Made by a program: the position numbers and the translations under genes | Notes under the pieces: generated by a model | Told to the model about the DNA's origin: nothing | Seen by the model: only the letters and a program-made list of their open reading frames with translations | Databases searched by the model: none | From: an uncultured Pseudomonadales bacterium | GTDB taxonomy: Bacteria > Patescibacteriota > Microgenomatia > UBA1400 > PJMF01 | DNA length: 64,000 nucleotides | Assembly: GCA_964406075.1 (NCBI GenBank) | Contig: CAYOQI010000003.1 | Coordinates: forward strand, 12,718 to 76,717 | Reading direction: 5' to 3' | Shown here: piece by piece, positions 34,467 to 43,717 of the stretch | How the letters are laid out: every line of letters begins with the position of its first letter | How positions within the stretch are numbered: the first letter of the stretch is position 1

Positions 34467-37400
34467 GCTATTCAAGCTCCGACGAATACTGAAAACACTG
34501 GCTGTTTTTGTGATGGTTTTAAGTAATTTATTGGCAGGTTTACCTGCACAGCAATTGTTGAACATTGCTGAAGAATCACTCAAAGATCAAAAAGTAGTAG
34601 ATCTGATGTACTGGGCAACCAAAGATCAGAAGGTGGTTGATTCATTTATCAGTAACGGGAATGTGAAAGTGATTAAAGAAGCCAAAGCAGCTATCGGGAC
34701 ACACACTGAGATTTATAACGTTACTGGAAACTGGGTCGCACCGCCAGAAGTAACAACAGTCGATGTGGAGGCGTGGGGTGGTGGCGGTGCAGGTGCTGGA
34801 TCCGTAACGGATAACGACGGTGGAAATGCTGGTGGAGGTGGAGGTGCATACGCGCGAACAGACAATATTTCTGTCATAGGTGGCAATACGTTTGCCTTTG
34901 TGGTGGGAGCTGGAGGTACCGGTGGAACAGCTGGCGGAGCGACAGGAACTGACACGACGTTCAATGGAGGTGGTGCGATTTCTGCGGATGGAGGAACTGG
35001 TGGTGGAACAACGAACACCACTGAGGGTGTGGGAGGATCGCTTGCAAACACGGTCAGTGGTGATGAAGAGTATGCTGGAGGAAATGGTGGTGATGGTGGA
35101 GCAACTACAGTTGGATCTGGAGGAGGTGGAGGTTCCGCAGGAGATGCAGGGACAGGAGGGGCTGGTGGTGCAGGAAGCGCAACCACTGGAGGAACAGCTG
35201 GAACTGCAGGGGCTGGTACTGGTGGTGCAGCGGGTGGAGCAGGACAGTATAACGCGGCGGGTGTCAACGGAAGTGTCGGAAGTATTCCTGGTGGTGCAGG
35301 AAGTGGTGCGAGCGTGCAAGGAACAACGAACCGCTCAGGTGGGTCAGGCGCCCGAGGTGCCTTGAAGCTGACATACGATGCATATTTCCCAAAGGTAGAG
35401 GCTCGTTCGAGTGGCAACAACGCGACAAATACCACCAGTCACACAATCACGATGCCATCTGGAATTACCGTTGGAGAATTACTCTTAATAGTATTTTCAA
35501 CAGATGGCATTCCAACAGTTTCTATTGGTTCTGGTGGATGGACAAAGCTCTCGCAAACCCCGGATTCTACAAACGTCACAACACAAGCGATCTTTTACAA
35601 GATAGCTGCTGGAAGTGATACGGCCACAGTTACGACAAGTGCATCGGAACAGAGCTCACATATTGTTTTTCGCATCAGTAGTGCTGGTAACCCTACAGGG
35701 ACCGGTGTCGGTGGAAATAGTACCAACTCCAATCCTGCCAGTCACAATCCACTTGCCCAAGAAAGATACTTGTGGATCTCAACACGTGGAGGAGACGCGA
35801 GTGCGGGCGTTGGAGTAGTTCCAACACTTTCTCCAGCCAATTTTGCCAACTTAACGACAGTAAATGCAGGATCGACAAGTGGAGCTACGACCGCGACCTC
35901 AGAGCGTATGGGCTATCTTACGATTCTTGATCCGGGTACATTTACGAGTGCGACCGAACAATGGGTAAGTTACAACATTGCCATTCCGTATTCTGGCGGT
36001 GGAGGGAGAGTATTCACAGGTGGCTTTGAGACGCAAAGCTTAACTGTTGATGATGAATGGTCAGCTACTTCCGGGTCCCCAACGATAACCACATCTACCG
36101 TACGAAGTGGGGCTGCTGCGCTTCAGATTACTGGACTCTCGTCAGGTGCTGCAGAACTCGCTGACTATCGATACTCCAGTGCCGATTTTTTCGGGCCGAT
36201 TTATGTACGTTTTTACTTTCGCTATGCCACGTTACCGACGGCAAATAATCGAATCTTTACCTTTGGAAATGCTGCTTTGAACGCAAGTCCTGGAGGGCTG
36301 TTGTTATCATCCACAGGCACATTGATTCTTACTGATGAAGATGGGACGATCGGTTCTGCATCGAGTGCCCTCACTATTAATACCTGGCACAGAGTAGAAA
36401 TTTTTATGAATGGAGCGGGAACCGGGGCGGTTGACACCTTTGAAGGAAGACTCGATGGTAGTGTGTTTGCGACGAGCTCGACCAGAGATATTGCAACAGG
36501 TTCGAATCAGCTCTATATGGGAGGCAATCTAACGGTCGAAGCGCAAACCCAAGGTGACTGGTTTTTTGATGATGTTGCAATAAATTCTGGCAATGGTGCT
36601 CCAACTCAAAGTAGTTACCCAGGTGAAGGTAGCATTGTACATTTGAAACCAAATGCAGACGGAACCAATACTGCTTGGACCGCTTCCGGATGTGCCAGTG
36701 ATTATCTCTGTGTCGACGAAATTGATCCCGATGATGGAACGACTATGTACACCTCAACCACACTCGGACAAGAGGATGATTCAAACTTGGAAAGTTCTGC
36801 GACGGCGGGAATTGGCTCAGGTGATACGATCACGCTAGCAGCAGCAAATGTCAGAATGAATAATTCAGGAACATCAACACAAGGGGTAACAGTGAGAATT
36901 TTGGATGGCTCGAGTAACGAAGATCGCTCACCGTCTATCAATGCACCCAATACGACTTGGTTTACCAATGTCTCTGCACATCCTCGTGCGGCTCCCGTAA
37001 CTTCGTATACACTTCCTGAATCCTCTACAGCAATTACTGCAACAGATCTTGATTCTTTCCAGTTAGGTGTACGGGTAAATGTGGACGCCGGAAACAACTT
37101 GCAAGTCAGTACTCTTTGGTTGGCTGTCGAGTACGTTCCCAATACTGCCGCAGTATTAACTCAGAATGATTGGAGACTCTATGAAGACAATGATGCGACA
37201 AATCCTACTGTTGTGTGGGCGACACCTGATTTAGCTGAAAATGAGGCTCTGGCAGTTCTCCCGTACCCAAATGACGCCCTTGATCCTACTGATGAAATCA
37301 GAATTCGAATGAATATTGCTGTGACATCAAATACTTTGAGTGCTTCAACTGAAGGTTTTATTTTGCAGTATAAAGAAGCAGTTGACTGTACTGATGGAAC

Positions 37401-37785
37401 GGCTTGGACAGATGTGGATGCAGGAGGCGGTGGTGGAGCGTGGAGGTACGCAACTTCTGGTGTGTCCGATGGTGTCACTATTACGCCTGTTTTGTCTGTG
37501 TCAGATGTGGCTGGAAGATACTCAAAATCAGATCCAACCAGTACCAATCCAAATGCAGTCAGCGCGGGGCAAGATTTGGAATGGGATTGGCATTTGGAGT
37601 ACAACGGTACTGCTTCAGCACGCACATATTGTTTCAGAATGATTCGCGATGATGCCACGACATTGTCTGCGTATAACTCAGACTCTTACCCAAAACTTGA
37701 TACCCGTCCGGGTGTGGCTGATTTAATGAGACATGGCAACTTTTTTAGTACCAATGTTGAAAAAGGTTTTTACTGGGCAAATTAA
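34444..37785 (+). CDS. Giant surface protein: glycine-rich domain + LamG/concanavalin-like domain + further beta-rich domains
   Basis: It has an N-terminal anchor helix. YNVTGNWVAPPEVTTVDVEAWGGGGAGAG is the typical opening of 'glycine-rich domain' proteins and is followed by about 190 aa of Gly-rich sequence. The LamG-like block reads FTGGFE...IYVRFYFRY...WHRVEIFMNG...LYMGGN...FFDDVAI. Confidence 0.65.
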   Translation: MNILRINKLFKLRRILKTLAVFVMVLSNLLAGLPAQQLLNIAEESLKDQKVVDLMYWATKDQKVVDSFISNGNVKVIKEAKAAIGTHTEIYNVTGNWVAPPEVTTVDVEAWGGGGAGAGSVTDNDGGNAGGGGGAYARTDNISVIGGNTFAFVVGAGGTGGTAGGATGTDTTFNGGGAISADGGTGGGTTNTTEGVGGSLANTVSGDEEYAGGNGGDGGATTVGSGGGGGSAGDAGTGGAGGAGSATTGGTAGTAGAGTGGAAGGAGQYNAAGVNGSVGSIPGGAGSGASVQGTTNRSGGSGARGALKLTYDAYFPKVEARSSGNNATNTTSHTITMPSGITVGELLLIVFSTDGIPTVSIGSGGWTKLSQTPDSTNVTTQAIFYKIAAGSDTATVTTSASEQSSHIVFRISSAGNPTGTGVGGNSTNSNPASHNPLAQERYLWISTRGGDASAGVGVVPTLSPANFANLTTVNAGSTSGATTATSERMGYLTILDPGTFTSATEQWVSYNIAIPYSGGGGRVFTGGFETQSLTVDDEWSATSGSPTITTSTVRSGAAALQITGLSSGAAELADYRYSSADFFGPIYVRFYFRYATLPTANNRIFTFGNAALNASPGGLLLSSTGTLILTDEDGTIGSASSALTINTWHRVEIFMNGAGTGAVDTFEGRLDGSVFATSSTRDIATGSNQLYMGGNLTVEAQTQGDWFFDDVAINSGNGAPTQSSYPGEGSIVHLKPNADGTNTAWTASGCASDYLCVDEIDPDDGTTMYTSTTLGQEDDSNLESSATAGIGSGDTITLAAANVRMNNSGTSTQGVTVRILDGSSNEDRSPSINAPNTTWFTNVSAHPRAAPVTSYTLPESSTAITATDLDSFQLGVRVNVDAGNNLQVSTLWLAVEYVPNTAAVLTQNDWRLYEDNDATNPTVVWATPDLAENEALAVLPYPNDALDPTDEIRIRMNIAVTSNTLSASTEGFILQYKEAVDCTDGTAWTDVDAGGGGGAWRYATSGVSDGVTITPVLSVSDVAGRYSKSDPTSTNPNAVSAGQDLEWDWHLEYNGTASARTYCFRMIRDDATTLSAYNSDSYPKLDTRPGVADLMRHGNFFSTNVEKGFYWAN
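34774..35360 (+). repeat. Low-complexity GGN-codon (poly-Gly/Ala/Thr coding) region inside the giant surface protein gene
   Basis: Visible runs of ggt/gga/ggc/gca codons. These generate spurious Pro-rich and Ser/Thr/Cys-rich antisense ORFs. Confidence 0.85.
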
Positions 37786-37786
37786 C

Positions 37787-38770
37787 ATGCACCATATAAA
37801 TAAAAAAACTCTACGCTTCTTTTCACTTTCACTTATTTGTGCGATTGTAGTTTTCCTTTTTATTCAGCACCGAATTGTGTTTGTTGTAGAAAAAGTAACC
37901 GCAACCGAACAAGCCAGCATTTTAGATGTGGGTGATGAAATAGGCAGGAATGGAACACGGGAGATATTTTATATCGATCAGCTTGATCAAAAACATTTTA
38001 TTACTGAATCAAACTTTACCAATGCAAATCCTGCTTTTCATGGAAATGAAATTGTGTGGATGGGACAGGTGGATGGAAGGTGGCAAATTTTTCTCTATTC
38101 GTTGGTAACGCATTCCACGATTCAACTGACCCATGATGGGAATAATTTAAATCCTTCAATTTATGAAGGAAATGTAGCATGGGAAGGATGGGTAGAACGA
38201 TCTGCGACAGAATCTGGGTGGCAGGTTTTCTATTTTGATGGTGAAAAAAATCAAATCATTACCCAAGAAGATACAGCAATTTCTCCACAGATATTTAATG
38301 ATGAAGTGTTTTATTCCAGAAAAGATGAAACCGGAGAATGGAAAATAAGAAAGTACTCTCCAAGTAAAAAAAGTACGAGTGAGATTGTTGGGACTGAAAA
38401 CTTTAAATATTTTGAGTTCAATGAAGGCAGAATTACCAAAAAACGTCCAAAAGTTGTTACCACCAAGGTGAACAAGCCAAAGCCAAAAGTGGAAAAAAGA
38501 AAAATAAGTATTCCTCGTCCAATGGAGGCACTGATGAACTTTTTTTCTGATCCCGGATCAAATGAAATTGAGGAAGCGAGCGATGAAGTAGAAATTTTGG
38601 AAGAGGAAGAATCTCCAGAACCTTCTCCAACCGATGAGCTGGAACTATCACCAACACCTCAAGTTACAGCCGAAGATATTCTCAAAGAGATTGAATTGAT
38701 TCCAACTCCGTTTGAAACTCCCTCAGCAAGTTCGTCTGCCTCGCCACCAGCTCAGCCAACGACTGAGTAG
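37787..38770 (+). CDS. N-terminally anchored protein with TolB-like beta-propeller-type repeats and an acidic/Pro-rich tail
   Basis: The ATG at 37787 lies 1 nt after the upstream stop and is followed by a TM helix (FFSLSLICAIVVFLFI). Repeats include NPAFHGNEIVWMGQVDGRWQIFLYS, NPSIYEGNVAWEGW...WQVFYFD and SPQIFNDEVFYSRKDETGEWKIRKYS. Confidence 0.55.
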   Translation: MHHINKKTLRFFSLSLICAIVVFLFIQHRIVFVVEKVTATEQASILDVGDEIGRNGTREIFYIDQLDQKHFITESNFTNANPAFHGNEIVWMGQVDGRWQIFLYSLVTHSTIQLTHDGNNLNPSIYEGNVAWEGWVERSATESGWQVFYFDGEKNQIITQEDTAISPQIFNDEVFYSRKDETGEWKIRKYSPSKKSTSEIVGTENFKYFEFNEGRITKKRPKVVTTKVNKPKPKVEKRKISIPRPMEALMNFFSDPGSNEIEEASDEVEILEEEESPEPSPTDELELSPTPQVTAEDILKEIELIPTPFETPSASSSASPPAQPTTE

Positions 38771-39125
38771 AAAGTTTTTTCGTTTCAGTTGCTTGAGTAA
38801 AAAATTCCTTTTCATCTTCAATGAGCTCAATATGTTTTTGAACCAAATATTGAGTTGATTCAGGTAAATTTTCATCTAATGAGATGAGTTCTTCATGTTT
38901 CTGCAAAGTCAAAAAAGTAGTTTCGATAAGTGCACCTTCATTCTGTTTCTGAAGGAGTTCTCGATAGACAAGAATTCTTTCAGTCAGTGCTGAAATCTGT
39001 AGTGAGAGTACCTGTTGGTGATCTGAATTTTTTTTAATACTTTGAGATACCTGGAAGTTATATCCAGCCCAAAGGCCTGATATGGCCAGTAAAAAGAGAG
39101 TTGTCGTGAGTATAAATTTTTTCAT
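38682..39125 (-). CDS. Small N-terminally anchored coiled-coil protein, function unknown
   Basis: 147 aa with a TM helix (FILTTTLFLLAISGLWAG) and a heptad-like remainder. The 3' end overlaps the convergent upstream gene by 89 nt. Confidence 0.45.
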   Translation of the reverse strand: MKKFILTTTLFLLAISGLWAGYNFQVSQSIKKNSDHQQVLSLQISALTERILVYRELLQKQNEGALIETTFLTLQKHEELISLDENLPESTQYLVQKHIELIEDEKEFFTQATETKKLSTQSLAELVARQTNLLREFQTELESIQSL

Positions 39126-39187
39126 GACTCTTGAATTGAACCCGAGCTTGATTTATTCTGCCATATAGTACTTTGTTTATACATGTT

Positions 39188-39709
39188 ATGAAGACTCATT
39201 TCATCCAACATATTCCATCACCTGAAAAAGTTTTCCCACTATTTAAAGTCGTGGCAGGATTATTTTTGTTGGGAGCAATGACATCAGGAATTACCATAGG
39301 GATCATTCGAGCATATCCACAAATGGTGGGTTTGGCTAAAAATACTCAGCAGTCGGACGCAGAATTAAATGCTCTGATAACAGAAGTCGGAAAACTGATG
39401 GAGTTGCCCCAGTCAGAACGCCCAATTGTTGCCACTGTTGATGACGCCAACAAAGTTCAGTCCCAACAATTTTTTAAGAACGCTCAAAATGGTGATAGAG
39501 TTTTGATTTACTCAAATGCCCGAAAAGCCATCTTGTATCGTCCTGCAGACAAACGAATTATTGAAGTAGGGACTGTCAATCGTCCAGAAGAAAACAATAC
39601 TTCAGATCAGCAAAACTCAGAAGAGATACTTGATGAAGTTTTCCCACTGGAAAGTTCCAGTGGTGCGAATGTCTCACCATCCACTCCCGTTCCGACGCAA
39701 GCTCAATGA
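39188..39709 (+). CDS. N-terminally anchored protein, paralogous to the N-terminal half of the next gene
   Basis: It has a TM helix and a shared block: MELPQSERPIVATVDDANKVQSQQFFKNAQNGDRVLIYSNARKAILYRPADKRIIEVG here versus MLPDELPTIATVTDPSLLQDEVFFQKAQSGDKVLLFTEAKKAYLYRPSEKRVIDF in the next gene. Confidence 0.55.
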   Translation: MKTHFIQHIPSPEKVFPLFKVVAGLFLLGAMTSGITIGIIRAYPQMVGLAKNTQQSDAELNALITEVGKLMELPQSERPIVATVDDANKVQSQQFFKNAQNGDRVLIYSNARKAILYRPADKRIIEVGTVNRPEENNTSDQQNSEEILDEVFPLESSSGANVSPSTPVPTQAQ

Positions 39710-39727
39710 GCAGGTATACTATATATT

Positions 39728-40417
39728 GTGAAACTTCGTCGTTCTCATCTTATTATCTCGCTTGGTCTAATTCTCTTTGTCGTGATAGTGGCCGGAGTTT
39801 CTTTTTTCTTCTATCGTCGACGACAAGAACGACTGTATCAATTTCAAAATCTAGAAGCGTATGCAACCCAAGAGGCTGAATCATTGAAAGTTGAAGTGGG
39901 GGAGTTTGTGATGCTTCCTGATGAATTACCTACAATTGCCACAGTGACAGATCCCTCTTTACTACAGGACGAAGTATTTTTTCAAAAAGCTCAGAGCGGT
40001 GATAAAGTGTTGCTGTTCACTGAAGCCAAGAAAGCGTATTTATATCGTCCGAGTGAGAAGCGAGTGATTGATTTTACAATTCTCAATATTATTCCTGAAT
40101 TAGATACAAGTTCGACTACCGCCCAGAGTGAGAGTTTGACCCTGACTATATTAAATGGAACAAAAGTTCGAGGATTGGCGGGTACGTATGAACAACAATT
40201 GGCGAGTGATGAAGCTCGACTTGTAGTTCAAGCCACCGGGAATACTGTTTCTCGACAGTATAGTGAATCTGTATTGATTGATATAACAAAGAAAAATCCA
40301 GAATTGGTGCAAGAATTAGCAACCAAATTGAATCTGAAACTCGAAGCGTTTCCGAGTGACGAGGCAACACCTTCTTCTGATGTTGTCATTATCCTGGGGC
40401 AGGATCAGGAACAATAA
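39728..40417 (+). CDS. N-terminally anchored LytR_C-domain protein
   Basis: GTG start, a TM helix, the shared block with the previous gene, and a C-terminal LTLTILNGTKVRGLAGTYEQQL... LytR C-terminal-type domain. Confidence 0.6.
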   Translation: MKLRRSHLIISLGLILFVVIVAGVSFFFYRRRQERLYQFQNLEAYATQEAESLKVEVGEFVMLPDELPTIATVTDPSLLQDEVFFQKAQSGDKVLLFTEAKKAYLYRPSEKRVIDFTILNIIPELDTSSTTAQSESLTLTILNGTKVRGLAGTYEQQLASDEARLVVQATGNTVSRQYSESVLIDITKKNPELVQELATKLNLKLEAFPSDEATPSSDVVIILGQDQEQ

Positions 40418-40465
40418 GTACTTCTATATTTGAAATAATTTTTCTTCCAAAACTTTAATTTTGTT

Positions 40466-40474
40466 TGATATAAT
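40466..40474 (+). promoter_or_regulatory. Extended -10 element (TGATATAAT) immediately upstream of the ATG at 40485
   Basis: TG at 40466-40467 and TATAAT at 40469-40474. The ATG lies 10 nt downstream, implying a leaderless or near-leaderless mRNA. The element overlaps the track TTG start at 40461. Confidence 0.45.
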
Positions 40475-40484
40475 CGCGAATTAT

Positions 40485-41198
40485 ATGGAACAACAAAAAC
40501 ACCTCACGTTTATAGAACTCACAAGAATATTAGAAGAACAACGGTTGGAACTTATCCATACCCAGGTAGGAGCGCTTATCGAGTTGTTAAGACAAGCTCA
40601 TTTGAAACGTAGAGGAGATGCCGTATTATTTATTGCTCAATTTGTAGCTCACGTTCAAGGGAATAAACCTCTTGAAGATTTTGTTAAAGATTATCCAGAA
40701 GCGAGGTCGTTTGATCTTAGTGAATTTTCATCAGAAACTCCAATTGAATTGGAAAATACCCAGACAGAAACTATCGAAATCGAAGATGTTATTGCTGAAC
40801 CTACCATCGCAGTTGAAGTAATTCCTCTAGCACAAAAACCAGTTGCCGAGAATGTTCCTCTTAGTGCTCAAGATATTGTTGAAGGTCTAGAGATAAATAG
40901 ATTGATAAGTGAAGCTGGTTTAGAAGATGTTGATTGGTTGCCAGGTTGGATTCAAGAGTACAAGGTTGATACCCTAGTTGGAAAATTTATAGCAACAAAT
41001 ATTATGCAGTTAAGAATTGGTGGGGGAGATGCATACCAATTCTTTTATAAACGTGAAGAGTTCCACAAGAAAAAAACCGCTAGCGAATTAGGAATCACTT
41101 TTGGTCAATCAAATACTACATACTTAACAATTGAGGATTGTTTAAATGTGTTAGCAAAGGCAAAAAATTCTAAGGTTGGCCTTGTTGCTCCTCGATGA
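40485..41198 (+). CDS. Hypothetical cytoplasmic protein
   Basis: The ORF has good coding appearance, no TM helix and no recognisable motif. The stop overlaps the next start (ATGATG). Confidence 0.5.
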   Translation: MEQQKHLTFIELTRILEEQRLELIHTQVGALIELLRQAHLKRRGDAVLFIAQFVAHVQGNKPLEDFVKDYPEARSFDLSEFSSETPIELENTQTETIEIEDVIAEPTIAVEVIPLAQKPVAENVPLSAQDIVEGLEINRLISEAGLEDVDWLPGWIQEYKVDTLVGKFIATNIMQLRIGGGDAYQFFYKREEFHKKKTASELGITFGQSNTTYLTIEDCLNVLAKAKNSKVGLVAPR

Positions 41199-42061
41199 TG
41201 GAAGCATTCAGATCTTCTATTACTCCCGAAGTTAAAACTTTGATGGATCTTCAAATTCATTCTTCAGAAAATGAAATGTTGGATTGGGTATTTGAAGAAA
41301 TGAAACAGGCATTCCTTGCTCAACATACTGATCATGCACTTTTTCTTGCCCAGCTTTTAAAGAGTCTCTATGCGCATGATTGTGATGTTCTCAGTTCTTC
41401 ATTACTTACTGATGTTTTTCCTGCACATCAAAGTCACTTAAAAAGCAATCTTGAATTTCAGGAGGTTGATATTTGGGATATGTCCAAACTTCCTTCAGAA
41501 GAAGAGACGAAACTCAATACTATTGATGCACTGGTAATGGGGATGTATGAAATGAGTGTTCGCTCCCAGAGCTTAGAGGATTTTCAAGAACTTTGGAAAA
41601 AAAGGACTTTTTTGAATATTTTGATTGAATGTCCAGTTTTTATAGAAGATCTTAAGGGTTTGTTTTCTCAGATCAAAAAATTTCTAGTAATGTGCAACTA
41701 TAAGACAAATTATTATAAATTTTCCAAGGTTATTGATAAAACTCAATTAACAGAAGTAAATTTTTCAAGAATTCCGGCGAGTAATGAAGTTATTATCTCG
41801 TTTGTTCTGAAGGATGATGTTCGCACTCAGTCATTTGGAAGTGAAAGAGTAATAAGCATTTTCTATAAAAGAGGTGTAAAAAGTAATAAATTCACTTTTT
41901 CAATTTCTAATGATGAGTTTGCCAAATATTTTACAGGTCAGGCTTTCACTGGAGCGATGCAACCAATGCTAAAGTCTTTGTATCATTTTTTAGATATTGT
42001 GGTTGCATCTCCGGAAAATGAAAGAAAAATTCTTTATTGGGTACTTTCTGGTATTGAATAG
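41195..42061 (+). CDS. Hypothetical cytoplasmic protein (weak N-terminal similarity to the preceding gene)
   Basis: 288 aa. ...HTDHALFLAQLLKSLYAHD here versus ...RGDAVLFIAQFVAHVQGN in the upstream protein. No known motif recognised. Confidence 0.5.
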   Translation: MMEAFRSSITPEVKTLMDLQIHSSENEMLDWVFEEMKQAFLAQHTDHALFLAQLLKSLYAHDCDVLSSSLLTDVFPAHQSHLKSNLEFQEVDIWDMSKLPSEEETKLNTIDALVMGMYEMSVRSQSLEDFQELWKKRTFLNILIECPVFIEDLKGLFSQIKKFLVMCNYKTNYYKFSKVIDKTQLTEVNFSRIPASNEVIISFVLKDDVRTQSFGSERVISIFYKRGVKSNKFTFSISNDEFAKYFTGQAFTGAMQPMLKSLYHFLDIVVASPENERKILYWVLSGIE

Positions 42062-42096
42062 TAGTTAGCGCTTTTCTCGATGGTACAATACACCTC

Positions 42097-43176
42097 ATGA
42101 ACCTCTCAGCTGGAATTGTTGGTTTACCCAACGTTGGAAAATCTACTTTGTTTAATGCCTTGCTCAAACGGCAAGTGGCGTTGGCGGCGAACTATCCGTT
42201 TGCGACCATAGAGCCGAATACGGGTATTGTTCCTGTACCAGATGATCGTTTGGCAACACTGGCAGAAATTGTCCACACTGAAGTCATTAAACCAGCGACG
42301 GTTGAGTTTCTTGATATTGCGGGTCTGGTCAAAGGTGCCAGCGAAGGTGCTGGCCTTGGCAATCAATTCCTTTCTCACATTCGTGAAGTGAATGTGATTT
42401 GTCAGGTTATCCGAGCTTTTTCTGATCCGGATGTGATTCGTGAAGGAAGTACGACACCTCAATCTGATCGAGAAATTATCGAAACAGAATTACTGCTGGC
42501 TGATTTATCTACGCTTCAAAAACAAAAAGAGCCAAAAGCCAGTCAAGGAAAAGAATTATTTGAAAAATGGCTATGCATTAAAAAATTCCTCGATGTGGCA
42601 AATCAGGGAAAATTGGTTCGTACGGTGATGACTTCAGAGTTTGATGAGCTGGTTGCCAAAGAGTTAGGTTTGTTAACTGCGAAGCCAATTATTTACATTG
42701 TAAATGTTGATGAAACCGAAGTAGGAAATGCTGATATTCGCGCCAAACTGGCGGAAGAAATTGGAATCAATCCGAACTCAATCGTGATCGTTTCCGCCAA
42801 AATTGAGTCAGAATTGTCTTCACTGTCTGACGAAGATCAAAAACTCTATCTTCAAGATCTTGGTGTAGAAAAGAGTGGATTAGAGAGATTAATTGTTACT
42901 GTGTATGATGTGCTCGGATTGCAGAGTTTTCTGACTGCAGGTGAATTAGAAGTTCGTGCGTGGACGATTCGGAAAGGCACTTCGGCTCCGCAGGCTGCTG
43001 GAGTGATTCACACTGATTTTGAAAAGAAATTTATTAAAGCTATCGTTGCCAGTTATGCAGATTTTGTTGAATTTAACGGTTGGAAAGGTGTCAAAGATAT
43101 CGGAAAGATGAGAACAGAAGGAAAAGAGTACGTGATGCAAGAAGGCGACGTAGTGGAATTTATGATTGGGAAATAA
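42097..43176 (+). CDS. ychF: Ribosome-binding ATPase YchF (Obg-like GTPase family)
   Basis: P-loop GIVGLPNVGKSTLFNAL, FLDIAGLVKGAS, and C-terminal RAWTIRKGTSAPQAAGVIHTDFEKKFIKA...EGKEYVMQEGDVVEF. Confidence 0.92.
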   Translation: MNLSAGIVGLPNVGKSTLFNALLKRQVALAANYPFATIEPNTGIVPVPDDRLATLAEIVHTEVIKPATVEFLDIAGLVKGASEGAGLGNQFLSHIREVNVICQVIRAFSDPDVIREGSTTPQSDREIIETELLLADLSTLQKQKEPKASQGKELFEKWLCIKKFLDVANQGKLVRTVMTSEFDELVAKELGLLTAKPIIYIVNVDETEVGNADIRAKLAEEIGINPNSIVIVSAKIESELSSLSDEDQKLYLQDLGVEKSGLERLIVTVYDVLGLQSFLTAGELEVRAWTIRKGTSAPQAAGVIHTDFEKKFIKAIVASYADFVEFNGWKGVKDIGKMRTEGKEYVMQEGDVVEFMIGK

Positions 43177-43178
43177 AT

Positions 43179-43664
43179 ATGAGTGAATATAAAAAAAATA
43201 AGATTGTTGTTTCAGTTAAAGAGATTTTGAATGGACAGGATCCGGATTTACTTGAGAGAGCTATTGTCTATTGTTTGACCAGAGAAATTTCACCAGAAGT
43301 TACTGCTGATATTTTTTTTATTCAAAAAGGTCCTTTTGTAGCTTATTTTCGTCTACATAAAGATGATTATGTACCTCTAATAGTAGATGTAGTTGAGCCT
43401 GCGGCAAGTGAAAGTGTAGCCACCCTGGAAGTTAGACCAAAGTTTTCAGAAGATGAAAAATTAAGAATTGTAGAAATATATCAAAGTGGAAAAAGCCTTA
43501 ATTTGACTGCCGTTACTGCAGCAAAAGAATTGAAAAAGTTTATAAGTCTTGGAGAGGTTCGGAAAGTTTTAAAAGAACTGAATGTGCCAATTAGACCTAC
43601 TGGTGGTCAACCAGGTAAAAGTATATATCGTGAAACTGAGTTTCCAAAGCGAAATCGTATATAA
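43179..43664 (+). CDS. Hypothetical protein, possible C-terminal helix-turn-helix
   Basis: The ATG at 43179 lies 2 nt after the ychF stop; the track start at 43080 overlaps ychF. The SEDEKLRIVEIYQSGKSLNLTAVTAAKEL segment looks HTH-like. Confidence 0.4.
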   Translation: MSEYKKNKIVVSVKEILNGQDPDLLERAIVYCLTREISPEVTADIFFIQKGPFVAYFRLHKDDYVPLIVDVVEPAASESVATLEVRPKFSEDEKLRIVEIYQSGKSLNLTAVTAAKELKKFISLGEVRKVLKELNVPIRPTGGQPGKSIYRETEFPKRNRI

Positions 43665-43688
43665 GTAACCGAAAATAGACCTATAGTA

Positions 43689-43717
43689 TTGATTTTTCCT
43701 TAGTTTTTTGATATAAT
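43689..43717 (+). promoter_or_regulatory. Strong sigma70-type promoter with extended -10
   Basis: TTGATT (43689-43694), a 17-nt spacer, then TG-a-TATAAT (TG 43709-43710, TATAAT 43712-43717). Confidence 0.6.

Noticed and set aside
34642-35435. Long minus-strand ORFs (225 aa Ser/Thr/Cys-rich and 240 aa Pro-rich) and a plus-strand alternative-frame ORF (34880-35365) within the Gly-rich region
   Set aside because: They are mirror or frame-shift images of the GGN-codon low-complexity tract of the 34444-37785 gene. The composition is implausible for real proteins, and they have no independent start context.
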